Source: an uncultured delta proteobacterium (GTDB lineage: Bacteria; Myxococcota; Kuafuiibacteriia; Kuafuiibacteriales; Kuafuiibacteriaceae). From it: a DNA stretch of 64,000 nucleotides. Location of the stretch: positions 384,001 to 448,000 of the forward strand of contig CAWDML010000001.1 in the NCBI GenBank assembly GCA_963803435.1. Reading direction: 5' to 3'. The translations under genes were made by a program, and so were the position numbers. The notes under the pieces are model-generated. The model made no database searches, was not told the DNA's origin, and saw nothing but the letters and a program-made list of their open reading frames with translations. Of the stretch, positions 18,317 through 28,898 are shown one piece after another; the first letter of the stretch is position 1, and every line of letters starts with the position of its first letter.

Positions 18317-19735
18317 TCAGCGCTTGGCGGCGCGCTTCTGGGAGACCAGCTCCTGGATCCCGAGCTTCTTGATCTTGTGAACCAGCGTCCTCAGCGGCAT
18401 CTGGAGGCGATGCGCCGCCTCCGTCTGGTTCCAGGCGGTCCGCTCGAGCGCGTTGACGATGATCTGGACCTCGGCCTGTTGCATCTGCGACTTGAAGTCC
18501 GCGGCCTCCCCGCCGTCGTCGGGGCTCGCCTCACCGGGCTTGCTCTCCTTGGCCAGATCCTCCGTATCCGGGTCCCCCTGCTTGGCGGAGCGGACGCGTT
18601 CGGGCAGATCCTCCGCCGCGATCGAGCGCCCCGCAGCCATCACCGACGCGCGCTGGATGACGTTCGCCAGCTCGCGGACGTTGCCCGGCCAGGGATACTT
18701 CACCAAAAATCGCAGGGCCGCGTCGTCGATCGCGAGGGCGCGCCGGGGTGAATCCACGCGCTCCAGGAAGTGTCGCGCCAGCGCCGGGATCTCGTCGGGG
18801 CGCTGACGGAGCGGCGGAATCTTCAGCGTGACCGCGTTGAGCCGGTAGAGCAGATCCCAGCGGAACCCGCCGTCCTCGCACATCTCCTCGAGGTTTCTGT
18901 TCGTGGCCGCCACGATGCGGACGTCGACCTCGATCTCCTTCGGCGACCCGACGCGCGTGATCCGCTTGGTCTCGAGGACCCGCAGCAGAGCCGCCTGCGC
19001 CGCGGGCGGCAGCTCACCGATCTCGTCGAGGAATACCGTGCCGCCGTCGGCGCTCTCGAACACTCCTTTCTGCTGCGCGAGCGCGCCGGTGAACGCGCCC
19101 CGCTCGTGTCCGAAGAGTGTGTCCTCGACGAGCTGTGCCGGGATCGCGCCGCAGTTGATGCAGGCCATCGGATGGTGGCTCCGATCGCTCCTCTCGTGGA
19201 GCGCGCGCGCGACCACCTCCTTACCGACGCCGGTGTCGCCCTGGATCAACACCGGGATGTTGGAGCTGGCGAACCGCTCGACGGTCTCGTAGAGCACGAT
19301 CATCGCGGGGCTCTCGATCACCGGCCCGGCTGTGCCCTTTCCCGCGCCGGCGTGCTCGACCCAGCGCGACGCACTCTCGGGCTGCAACAAGATCGCTGCC
19401 ACCGAGCCGAGCGTGAGCTCGTCACCCGGACGCAGCGGCGCGCGCTTGACCGGCTCGCCGTTGATCTTGGTGCCGTTCTTCGAGTCGAGATCCTCGACGA
19501 TCACCACGCCGTCCTCCGCGCTGAGGCAGGCGTGCGTGCGCGAGAGCGATCGCTCGGTGATCACGATGTCGGCGTCCGCGGTCCGACCCACGACGAAGCG
19601 CGTCCCGTCCGGCAGCGCGAGCACACGCGCGCCGTCGGGCGCGTAGACGACCAGGGAGGGCGCGGACTTGGCTTTCGCGACGACCTGGCCCAGGTCGATC
19701 GTATCGTCGCTCGACGCTGGATCGATCGGCGTCAC
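18317..19735 (-). CDS. FHA-domain sigma54-dependent transcriptional activator (Fis family)
   Basis: FHA motifs (VVGR, SRTHA, DLDSKNGT), Walker A GDTGVGKE, GAFTGA, FLDEIGE, WPGNVREL and a C-terminal HTH. Confidence 0.95.
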   Translation of the reverse strand: MTPIDPASSDDTIDLGQVVAKAKSAPSLVVYAPDGARVLALPDGTRFVVGRTADADIVITERSLSRTHACLSAEDGVVIVEDLDSKNGTKINGEPVKRAPLRPGDELTLGSVAAILLQPESASRWVEHAGAGKGTAGPVIESPAMIVLYETVERFASSNIPVLIQGDTGVGKEVVARALHERSDRSHHPMACINCGAIPAQLVEDTLFGHERGAFTGALAQQKGVFESADGGTVFLDEIGELPPAAQAALLRVLETKRITRVGSPKEIEVDVRIVAATNRNLEEMCEDGGFRWDLLYRLNAVTLKIPPLRQRPDEIPALARHFLERVDSPRRALAIDDAALRFLVKYPWPGNVRELANVIQRASVMAAGRSIAAEDLPERVRSAKQGDPDTEDLAKESKPGEASPDDGGEAADFKSQMQQAEVQIIVNALERTAWNQTEAAHRLQMPLRTLVHKIKKLGIQELVSQKRAAKR

Positions 19736-19778
19736 CGGACGCCGAGGGTAGAAGGTGGTCGGATCCCGCGCAAGGCGC

Positions 19779-20816
19779 CTACTCGGGCGCGGGCTCGGGC
19801 GCGGGTGGGCTCCTCGGGAGGTCCCACTCGGAGCTCGGCGGGTCCGAGGGCGGCGGCGGCGGGGATTCGGGCGGCACCTCGATGCGGGGCGCCAGCTCGG
19901 CGGGCGGCGGTGTGTCCACGATCCCGGCTTTGGTCATGAACAGCGTCTTCGCCAGGAACAGCGCGGCCAAGACCGTCAGACACAGGAGGAGGACCTTCAG
20001 CGTGCGCGTGCGCTTCTCGCGATCCTCCGTGGGCTGCTTCTTGAGGCTCATGAAGCCGAGGATCACGCCGATCTGCCCCAGGTAGCGGGCCGCCACCGCG
20101 TCGTCGGGCCCGTCCTTCAGCTCGCGGTAGCGCTCGAGCCCGAACTCGAGACGCTGGCGCCGCAGGCACTCCTGGATGAACTCCTGGTGGATGGCGTCGT
20201 CGTCGAGCGAGGCGAGCACCTCGTGCCACTTGGCGCCGAGCACCCGGAAGTCGTCGGCTTCGTGGTGGCCGGGGGCGACCTCCTCGTCGACGACGATCTC
20301 ACCCTTTCGCAGGATGACGCTGGGCGCCTGGCCTTCGGCGCGGCGCGCCAGCTCGAGGAACGAGGAGCGGAACTGCCAGGTCGAGTCGTCCGTCTCGAGG
20401 TGGATCGCCATCCCCTTGTCGTTGGCGCGGATGACCCGCCCGGGCAGAACGGCGCTGTAGCCGCCGGGGACGACCAGCTCGACCTGGATCTGGGTGCGCA
20501 GCGGGAACGACGTGTCGGTATCGATCGACATGCCCGTCACCGAGAGGTTGGTGACGAACCCGACTCCGGGAGGCCCCTTTGGCTTCTTCCAGACCCGGGC
20601 CGCTACGCGCTCAGTGGGGAGGTCATGACGCTCGAACGCGGGCCGCTCGACGCCCGCGATCTGCGCGTGCGCCTTCTTCTCGATCTTCGCGCCCGGACGA
20701 TCGAGGTAACGGACCGGAAGATCGCCGGTCCACGAAACGTCGACCGTGATGTCGATCGACGCGCTGTACGGCGAAGGCTCGACCTTTCGCACGGTTGCCC
20801 GCTGCGATCCTCTCAT
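19779..20816 (-). CDS. PilZ-domain membrane protein
   Basis: RPAFERH...NLSVTGM matches the PilZ RxxxR and (D/N)xSxxG motifs, followed by a helical domain, a TM helix and a Pro-rich tail. Start uncertain. Confidence 0.7.
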   Translation of the reverse strand: MRGSQRATVRKVEPSPYSASIDITVDVSWTGDLPVRYLDRPGAKIEKKAHAQIAGVERPAFERHDLPTERVAARVWKKPKGPPGVGFVTNLSVTGMSIDTDTSFPLRTQIQVELVVPGGYSAVLPGRVIRANDKGMAIHLETDDSTWQFRSSFLELARRAEGQAPSVILRKGEIVVDEEVAPGHHEADDFRVLGAKWHEVLASLDDDAIHQEFIQECLRRQRLEFGLERYRELKDGPDDAVAARYLGQIGVILGFMSLKKQPTEDREKRTRTLKVLLLCLTVLAALFLAKTLFMTKAGIVDTPPPAELAPRIEVPPESPPPPPSDPPSSEWDLPRSPPAPEPAPE

Positions 20817-20902
20817 TGCTCCCTCGGGGCCACAAGTTCGTGGATCCAGCGCGACTTGACGGCGAGGCGTCGATGGGGGCGCCCTCCCTGGCGGCGCACG
20901 CG

Positions 20903-22945
20903 ATGGATCGTCGGACCTCACAATGGGTGCTCCTCGCGGGTGCGCTCATCCTGTGGTCGCTCTTCCCCGTACCGATCTTTGCGGGCCCGGTCCTCGCGTA
21001 CCTCGCGGTGTGGACGCTGGCCGCACGGTGGGACCTCTCGGTGTCGCCCCGAGCGACCGCGCTGGCGATGATCGTCGGGTCCGCTGCGTTCGCCGGCGCC
21101 GTGATCATGCACGAGGACGAGATCGCGAACAGCGAGCAGCTCCCTGACCTCGACGTCATCCTTCGGGATCGCTGGCGCGCCGCGGAGCTCCCCGCGATCG
21201 CGCCGCCGGTGGTGCGCGCCGATCGGCCGGAGACCCACTACCTGTTTCTCCCGGGGGCGGGCTCGGTGACCGCGCGGTTCGCCGGCTCGGATCGAGACGT
21301 CGCACTGCTCGAGCTCGGTCACGGGCTGTTCCGCGCCGACCTCGATCCACGGCGCGACGGCCCGATCTCCGACACGCTGCTGATCGACGCCGACGGCGAG
21401 CTCACGCGGCGCCACGTCGACGTGGTTCGACCGTCGGTCCATCCTCGACAGCTCTCCTCGCGCCCCGAGCTCGGGATCGCCGCCGCGGTCAGCAACGAGA
21501 CCGACGAGGTGATCCTGCTGCGGAGAGCGGGCGCACCCGAGCGGATCCCGGCGGGCGACCGGCCGACCGACTGCGCGATCGTCGACGCGGGTCGCATCGT
21601 GGTCGTCCATGAGAGCGGGCTGGTGACGCGACTCGGGTCGGACGATCGGATCGATCTCGGCGCGCCGCTCGTGCACGTCGCCCGCGGTGCGACCGATCTC
21701 GCGGTGACCCGCGCCGAACCACGTCCGGCGATCGTGCTCGTGTCCCCCGATCTCCAGGTCGAGCGAGAGATCCCCCTCCCCTTTCCGCCCGATCGGATCG
21801 CGTTCGGACGCGACGGCGAGCTCTTGGTGACGAGCGCCGTCACGCGGACGCTCTATCTGATCCGGGGGGACGCAGTGGCCGCCCGGCGCTTCTTCGGCCG
21901 ACCCGTGGTGACGATGGCCGCGAGCCCCGACGGCGAGCGCCTCTTCGCCGCGATCACCGACTACCGGCCGGATGACGACGCCGGACCCAACCACCACGTC
22001 GAGGATCAGATCGTCGAGATCGACACGGGGACGCTCCGCATCATCCGCCGCGTCCCCACGGCTCCGCACGCCTCTCCCTTCGCCATCGAGGTCGAGCCCG
22101 AGCGCATCACGATCGCCTTCGTGGGGACGGACGAGGTGATCCGCTTCGACCCGAGCGCGTTCGGAGCGCGCGAGCGGATCCCGATCGACCGTCCGACCGG
22201 CGTGGGCGCGCTCGGCGAGGACGCGCTGGTCGTCGCCTCGTCGCCGAACGGAAGGATCGAGCGCCTCGCACCCTCCGGACGCGACGGCTTCAGCTTCTCG
22301 GAGCGAGGGCTGATCGCGGACGGCGAGCGCGCCTTCTACCAGGCCACCCGTGCCGGCCTCTCCTGCCAGACCTGCCACCTCGAGGGCGGCACCGACTTCT
22401 CGCTGCACGACATCGGACAGGACGGCGACCCTCGTCCGACGCTGCCGCTCGGCGGCGTGGCCCGGACCGCGCCGTACTTTCGCGGCGCCAGCTACCCGAG
22501 CATCGCGAAGATCGAGGCCTTCACCACCTCCGTCCTCGGCGGGTACGAGGCGCCAATCCCGGAGCGCGCGCGGGCGCTGGACGCGTTCGTGTCGAGCCTT
22601 CCGAGACCCCCATCGCATCCCCGCCCCGACCCCGGCGCGCTCCGCCGGGGCACCGACGCCTTCGTCAAGGCCGGCTGCAGCTTCTGCCACCGTTTCCCCG
22701 CCTTCACCGATCTCGCACAGTACCCGGAGGGGTTCCTCTTTCCCGGCCGCAAGGACGAGCTTCATCTCCTCGACACTCCTTCCCTGATCGGGGTCGCGGA
22801 CCGCGCGCCGTACCTGTACGACGGCCGCGCGCGCACGCTCGAGGCGGTGCTGATCGACGAGAACCGCGCGCGCCGCCACGGCGACGCTCCCGGGCTCACC
22901 GAAGGCGAGCGGGCCGATCTCCTGATCTTCCTGAGGTCGCTGTGA
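20903..22945 (+). CDS. Membrane-anchored YncE-like beta-propeller plus diheme cytochrome c (CcP/MauG-like) protein
   Basis: N-terminal TM helices and propeller repeats (ASPDGERLF). SCQTCH and GCSFCH heme motifs. PTLPLGGVARTAPYF and DTPSLIGVADRAPYLYDG motifs. Confidence 0.75.
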   Translation: MDRRTSQWVLLAGALILWSLFPVPIFAGPVLAYLAVWTLAARWDLSVSPRATALAMIVGSAAFAGAVIMHEDEIANSEQLPDLDVILRDRWRAAELPAIAPPVVRADRPETHYLFLPGAGSVTARFAGSDRDVALLELGHGLFRADLDPRRDGPISDTLLIDADGELTRRHVDVVRPSVHPRQLSSRPELGIAAAVSNETDEVILLRRAGAPERIPAGDRPTDCAIVDAGRIVVVHESGLVTRLGSDDRIDLGAPLVHVARGATDLAVTRAEPRPAIVLVSPDLQVEREIPLPFPPDRIAFGRDGELLVTSAVTRTLYLIRGDAVAARRFFGRPVVTMAASPDGERLFAAITDYRPDDDAGPNHHVEDQIVEIDTGTLRIIRRVPTAPHASPFAIEVEPERITIAFVGTDEVIRFDPSAFGARERIPIDRPTGVGALGEDALVVASSPNGRIERLAPSGRDGFSFSERGLIADGERAFYQATRAGLSCQTCHLEGGTDFSLHDIGQDGDPRPTLPLGGVARTAPYFRGASYPSIAKIEAFTTSVLGGYEAPIPERARALDAFVSSLPRPPSHPRPDPGALRRGTDAFVKAGCSFCHRFPAFTDLAQYPEGFLFPGRKDELHLLDTPSLIGVADRAPYLYDGRARTLEAVLIDENRARRHGDAPGLTEGERADLLIFLRSL

Positions 22946-23475
22946 AGCTGGCGCCGGCGCCGCTCGCACCGCTGGCCGTGATCGCGCTCTTCGCGGTCGC
23001 GCAACCTCACGCAGTGGAGCGGGAGCTCGCGCTGGTGCGGGGCACGGGGTGGCTGGCCGCGGGGCTGCTGTTCCTGGCGATCGCGCCGCTCGGGCGTCAC
23101 CGGCGAACCTTCGGGCTCTGGTCGCTGGCGGCCGGGCTGGTCCATCTCGCGGGCGGGATCCTGACGCCGCTCGTGCCGGAGGCCTCGCTGTTGATCTACG
23201 AGCCCCACCTGCGGTCCGGCGCCGCTGCGCTCCTCGTGCTGTCGTTCCTGGGCGCGACCTCCTTCCCTGCGCTGGTTCGCCGCCTCGGGATTCGCCACTG
23301 GAAGCCGCTGCACCGCGCCGTCTATCCGGCGGCGGCCCTGGTCGTCCATCACATCTTGCTGTCGCCGCATACGCCGCGCTTCGGGGCGATCGCAGTGGCG
23401 TTCGCGATCGCGCTCCTCACGATCGAGAGATTGATCAGAGCTCTTGCACTGCGACGACCAGATGTCGCCCGGTGA
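22942..23475 (+). CDS. MsrQ/YedZ-like heme-binding ferric-reductase transmembrane protein
   Basis: RRTFGLW...GLVH and ATSFPALVRRLGIRHWKPLHRAVY...HH. GTGA overlap with the diheme gene. Confidence 0.82.
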   Translation: MKLAPAPLAPLAVIALFAVAQPHAVERELALVRGTGWLAAGLLFLAIAPLGRHRRTFGLWSLAAGLVHLAGGILTPLVPEASLLIYEPHLRSGAAALLVLSFLGATSFPALVRRLGIRHWKPLHRAVYPAAALVVHHILLSPHTPRFGAIAVAFAIALLTIERLIRALALRRPDVAR

Positions 23476-23902
23476 GCGAGACCCGGAGCGTGGCGCGGAC
23501 CCGGCGTCCGACCATCCGTTCCATGGAGTCCGCCTCGAGCCCGGCCACGTCGGGCGCCGCGTGCAGGACCCGGATCCACCGGCCCTGGTAGAGGACGCCG
23601 TCGCGAAGCTCCTCCACCCGCGTCACCTGCGGCGTCGCGCGCTCGGCCAGGCGCGCGCGCATCTCCGGGGTCACGTCGAAGGCCATCACCAGCACGCCGT
23701 CGTCGGCGCGGAGCAGCTCGCCCTCCGCCACCGACGCCTCGATGCTCTCGTCGAGCGAGCGCTCGGGCGACGAGTACCGGGGCACCACGCGCGCCGCCCG
23801 GTTCTCCCGGTACTTCGCGGTGAGGCTGGCGGGGACCGCTAACGCCGGAAGCGCCGCCGACCACAAGAACAACGAGATCGGGATCGAGATTGTCGTCTTC
23901 AT
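23435..23902 (-). CDS. Small exported hypothetical protein
   Basis: Signal peptide (…LPALA). Starts 3 bp after the pilY1-like stop codon. Confidence 0.6.
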   Translation of the reverse strand: MKTTISIPISLFLWSAALPALAVPASLTAKYRENRAARVVPRYSSPERSLDESIEASVAEGELLRADDGVLVMAFDVTPEMRARLAERATPQVTRVEELRDGVLYQGRWIRVLHAAPDVAGLEADSMERMVGRRVRATLRVSLTGRHLVVAVQEL

Positions 23903-23905
23903 CGC

Positions 23906-26900
23906 TCACAGCTCCCTGAAGAAGTAGATGCCCGGCCGGCGCCGCTCGCGCTTGTTGAGCTCGGCGGACTGACGCTTGCTGATGTCGGCGTGGCTCACCA
24001 GCACGGGCGCGTCCCTGGGGGTGAAGAAGAGGAAGCCCGAGCCAATCTCGGTACCGCCGCTCCACGTCTCACGCTCGGAGATCTCCCGGGATCCGTCGCC
24101 GTCCGCGTCGACGGCGGCCTCCGACGAGCAGCTGTCGATCGCGTAGATCCGGTCGACACCGGCGCCGCCGCCGCACTCCGGCGCGGTCAGCGTCGGCTCC
24201 CAGGTCTTGTAGTAGCCGACCTGATCGAACACCAGCGGATCGCGGAGCATGCGCTCGTGGTTGCGAAGCGAGATGAACCAACCGTACTTCCCGCCGAGCA
24301 GGATGGCGGCCGGGTCGATCCGGTTGACATAGCTGACCTCCTTGAGGCCGCTCTGCGTCAGACCGCTCGGCAACGCCTCGTAGTCCCAGATCACGCCGAT
24401 GATGTCGCGGCCGTTGCCGGCGGACGGGTCCTCGAGCTCGTCGAGCGCCGCCGGTCGCTGTACGTTGCCGGTCCCGAAGTAGAGACCGATGACCGCCTGG
24501 CCGGGACAGATCGAGGTGACCAGATCGAGCTTGCGGAAGATCTTGCGGTTATCCTTGTTCACCGCGATCTTCCCGTTGTTCAGGTTGATCAGCCGGCGCG
24601 CGTGGAACGTCTTGCCGCCGTCCGCCGTCCAGGTCTTCCAGATCTGGCCGCACTCGTCGCCCCAGTAGAGCGCCTTCAGGATCCCGGACTGGTCGTAGCC
24701 GCTGAGCTCGGCGCTGATCGGGCAGACCATGTCGGCGAGGTCCGGATCGGTCCGCTTGTCGATGCAGTACGACACCTGTGAGCCCGTGCAGTCGTTGGTG
24801 ACCCGGAGCATCACCGGCGCGAGCGGCGTCTGGGCCGCAAACGCGTCGGGGCCCGCGTTCCAGCGATCGAGGTCGACGATGAACACCGACGGCTTCTCCC
24901 AGGGTACCGAGCGGACCGTAGTCGACCGGCCCGCCGCCGGACACGGGCGGAGGCAAAGCCGAGACCGTCTCGGGCACCCACTCGACGTTGGCGATCGAGT
25001 AGCCGCGATCCTTGCTGTCGTTGCCGTTCGTGACGAAGCGGAGCACGAAGTGCTCATCGTAAATCCAGGGCGACTTGGCGCCGGCCAGGCTGGTCCCGGT
25101 GTAGCTGCCGATCAGGTTCCCCTTGCTGTCCTCGATCCGGAGGTGATCGCTCGACTCGAGGTCGAACTGGTCGAACTCGATGCGCAGCGCGGCCGCCTTG
25201 CGCACGCCGTCGTTGAACGTCAGCGGCTTGGTGGAGTCGTCGAGCGGGACGCCGAGGCCGTCGTAGCACGGCTTCTTCGAGTTTCCCTTGCAGCCGCTGT
25301 AGTAGTTGCTCGCGCACCAGCTGCTCTTGTCGTAGCCGTTGAAGTCGGCGAAGTGACCCTTGCCGGTGCACGACACCTCGATCGCCTTGGAGAGATCCGG
25401 CGGCTCGGGGACCGGCGGCGCCGGCGGCACGATCACCGCGTTCTGATCGACGAGATCGAGCTTACGGATGTGCCCGCTCGCGAAGGCGGCCACCCGGTGC
25501 GTGCTCGCGTCGGCGCCCACGCGGGCGAGCCCCAACCACGGCGCCGACCAGGTGTCCTGGAGCTCCTGGAGGTCGCCCGACGAGGAGGCCACGATCGGGT
25601 TGATCGTGTTCTTCGCGTTGTCGAGGACGCCGCCGGGCAGCTCGCTCACCTTGAGGCTGTAATAGGCGCGGCCGCCGCGCCCGAGACCGAACAACAGGTA
25701 GGCCGTCTCCGTCTTCTGGATGATGCCGTCGCCGTTGGTGTCGTCGTGGAAGAGGCGCGCGTCGCCATCCAGCAGGAACCGGTGCGTGAAGTTGTCGTTC
25801 GGCTGATCCTGGAGATCGCGCATCGCGCTGGTGGCGATGCCCGAGGGTGCCCACAGCTCGCTGGGGATCAGGGCGGTCTTCTCGTCGCCGTCGGCGGCGT
25901 CGTAGAAGTGGACCATGCCGTCGTTACTCCCGGAGACCACATAGCAGGCGCCGGTGATCGGCGTGCCGTCCTTCTTCTCGCAGTCGCCGTAGCGCAGGAG
26001 CACGGGTGCAAAGTCCACGGGATCACCGAGCGGCCAGGCGCTGTAGGCGATCGGCGCGCCGCTCGTGCAGTTGGCGTCGTACGTGTAGCCGTGGAGCAGG
26101 TTGATCAGCTTGTAGTGGTCGCAACCGTTGGCCCACGAGTCGGAGGACTGCCACGTCGTGGGCGTGACCTTGACGTAGCCGCTCTGCCCGCCGCGCCAGG
26201 TGATCACGTTGCGCCGGGTCCAGTGCGAGCCCGTCGGAGTCCCCGACTGAGCACCGATGTGATCGAGCAGCACCTCGCCGGTGCCGCCGTAGTCTGCCGC
26301 CAGGCCGCGGAGGCCGGTGAAGAGGTCGACCGCGTCGGGGTTGGTGTCGAGGGTCTTGCCGTCGGAGGACACGAACAGGCACCCGGTGACGCTCGTGTCG
26401 TAGTCGCCGTTCGCGAGGATGTTGGGGGTGACGCAGTACTTCTTCAAGGTTCCGCGCCAAGGCCCCGAGGTGATCGGCCGGAACGAGGCGGAGAACGCGT
26501 AGTTCTGCGAGTAGAGCGAGCCGGTCTGGATCGCGATCGGAGCGAAGAAGAGCGCGGTTTTGGAGGCGATCGTGGAGACGATCGACTCGAAGGCGGTGCC
26601 GAGCTCGGTGGCGTCGGAGGCGTAGAAGTACTGGCCGCCGCCGTAGGCCGCGATGTTCTGCAGGTTCGAGGGGCTGAAGTCGCCGGGCGCGCCCAGGCCG
26701 ATCGTGTACGTCTTGATGTTCTGGTCGCCCTGGACCTTGCAGAGGAGATCGTCGTTGCGCCGCAGGTAGTCGGAGCCGAGCCAGGGCTTGTCGGCGGAGA
26801 CGCTGAGGTTCTCGACCGGCGGCTTGCACTCGTAGTTGAAGGTGGCAGAGCCTCCGTTCGGATTGCCGTCAGAGAGCATCACGATGTAGTTGGGGCGGCA

Positions 26901-27359
26901 GGCGAGCGTGTTGCTGTCGTCGAAGTAGTCGTGGAAGTACTTCCCGAGGTCGCTCAGCCCTTGCGACATGTACGTGTTGCCCGTGATCGGCACGGCCAGC
27001 GCGCCCGCCTCGAGCACCGCCTTGCTGGAGCCGAAGGGCGCGCGTAGGCTGGTGCCCGAGCCGAAGTCGTAGATCGAGAGGTTGAGCTTGTCGGCCCAGC
27101 GGTCAATCAGGCCGTCGTTGGCGTTCTGGCAGCCCACCAGCACGGCCTTCATCTGCTGGCTCTTGTTGAGGAGCGGATTTCCGAGGTTGTAGTTGGCCGC
27201 GAACCAGCTGCAGCTGCTGGCCTTGAGGCCGTCCGCCATCGAGCAGGAGCGGTCGAGGAGCAGACCCACCTGCGGCAGGACCGTCCCCATGCGCAGGTGG
27301 TCGAGCGCGTCCGGGTACTGGCCGGCCGCAGCCGCCAAAATCATGAGTGCGATAGACAT
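23906..27359 (-). CDS. pilY1: PilY1/PilC-like type IV pilus tip adhesin (vWA + beta-propeller + CUB-like insert), frameshift at ~24899
   Basis: vWA MIDAS motif LLLDRSCSM and IVMLSDG. PilY1 propeller motifs GSNDGMVHFYDA, LFGLGRGGRAYYSL, LYWGD, LYFGTG and YGWFISL. Split across ORFs 24549..27359 and 23906..25057. Confidence 0.85.
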
Positions 27360-27368
27360 CGATGACTC

Positions 27369-27866
27369 CTAGTGCGCGTGCCGGCGGCCCTGCAGGAGGC
27401 CGGGCGAAGACGACGCCATCTTGTAGATCTGGGTCTCGACGACCGCCTGGTGGCCGGCGGCGTGTCCGGTCACCTCGAGCTCGTAGACCACCGCACGCAC
27501 GCGCGCGTTGGAGCTCTCGAGAACAGGCGATGTCCGCAGCAGCGCGACCCTACCCTCGTACTCGAGCTCGGCGCCGTCGGCCCGGACCGACGAGAAGACC
27601 GTGTCGGTGGTGGGCGAGGCGTCCGCGGTCAGGTCGTCCGCGCTGAGGTCGGGGAGCAGCGCCCCCATCTTCTCGTCGTTGATGAGCTCCATGGTGCCGC
27701 CCTCAGCCGCCTCCCGCGCCTCGCGCGAACGCCGCTCCATGCCCATGAGATCCTGATCGGAAGTGATCAGGTCGAGGACGACCAGGGAAGAGACCGTTAC
27801 CAGGGCCACCAACAGGGTGACCATGAGCAGCGAGAAGCCGCCGCGTCCTGCTCTCGGTGTTCTCAT
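27369..27866 (-). CDS. pilX: PilX-like minor pilin
   Basis: RGGFSLLMVTLLVALV (class III signal lacking Glu5) and AREAAEGG motif. Own ATG at 27866 overlaps the pilW stop (TGATG). Confidence 0.72.
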   Translation of the reverse strand: MRTPRAGRGGFSLLMVTLLVALVTVSSLVVLDLITSDQDLMGMERRSREAREAAEGGTMELINDEKMGALLPDLSADDLTADASPTTDTVFSSVRADGAELEYEGRVALLRTSPVLESSNARVRAVVYELEVTGHAAGHQAVVETQIYKMASSSPGLLQGRRHAH

Positions 27867-28898
27867 CAGCGAATCTCCAGCCGGCCCGAGTTCCGGATCT
27901 CGACGGAGGTCCGGATCGCCCAGCGTGCAACATGATTCTGTCTGGCCGCAGGTCGGGACACAGGCGCCCGGCTCCAGCTCCAGCTGGACCGGCGGCTGGA
28001 CACCGACGTCGAAGTCGCTGCGACCGCGGACCACCATTTCGAGGTCCATGCGTAGCCGATCGCGATTCGTGATCTGCGCGTCGCTGGTGATGTCGACCCA
28101 CGCCGATGCGGTGGGATCCCACGACCACAGCGAGACCTGGAGCGTCTCCACCCCGGAGGCCACCGTCCCGCCGCAGTCGAGCGAGGTGCAGGGACGTTCC
28201 GTGGTGACACTGGCGCGACGGAGCTCACCGAGACCGTCGACCGAGTTCACGAACCACACGACGTGCTCGAAGCCGGCGGCGACCTGTCCTTCGGCGTACG
28301 AGGCCGTGAGCGCGGACGGCTCGGAGACGAAGCTGGGGGACGGCTGCCAGGTGAACGCGACGCAGCCGCCCAGGCAGTCACCCTCGCTGCAGGGGGCGGC
28401 GGCCAGGCCGTCGATCCGGGCGGTCATCGCGTAGAGGCCCTGCTGCGAGCTGAACGCCACCACGTCACCCGAGTGGAAGTTGCCGCCCGCGCACATCTGG
28501 CCGCTGGTCGAGTCGAAGTCCGCGATCGTGCGGAAGTCACCGCTGGCGCGGCGGATCCCGAGGTCGTCGGTGGGCACATCACCTGCGGCGAGCGCGAGCG
28601 TCCGGTTGTTGCTCCGGAACTGCGCTCCGCCCTCGACCGTGAAGGTGCCACGGCTGAAGCCGTCGAACCAGCCGCTCGGGCGGTAGCCGATGCCGACCCC
28701 CGCCTGCCGAACGTCGAGCGCCATCATGTCCATGGCGCGGCGCGCCTCCTGATACATGTCGACCTTCTCGGAGGTGAGGCCGAGCAGGCGGGTGTGCTCG
28801 GCCGTCATCGAGACGGCCGCCATCACCAGAAACGAGCTGATCGCGAGGCTGACCACCAGCTCGATCAGCGTCAGGCCGCGTGTCTGTTTCATGTTCAT
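27866..28898 (-). CDS. pilW: PilW-like minor pilin, frameshift at ~27940
   Basis: RGLTLIELVVSLAISS prepilin motif and DVRQAG. The typical C-terminus RTSVEIRN lies in the alternate frame ending at 27866. Confidence 0.8.
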
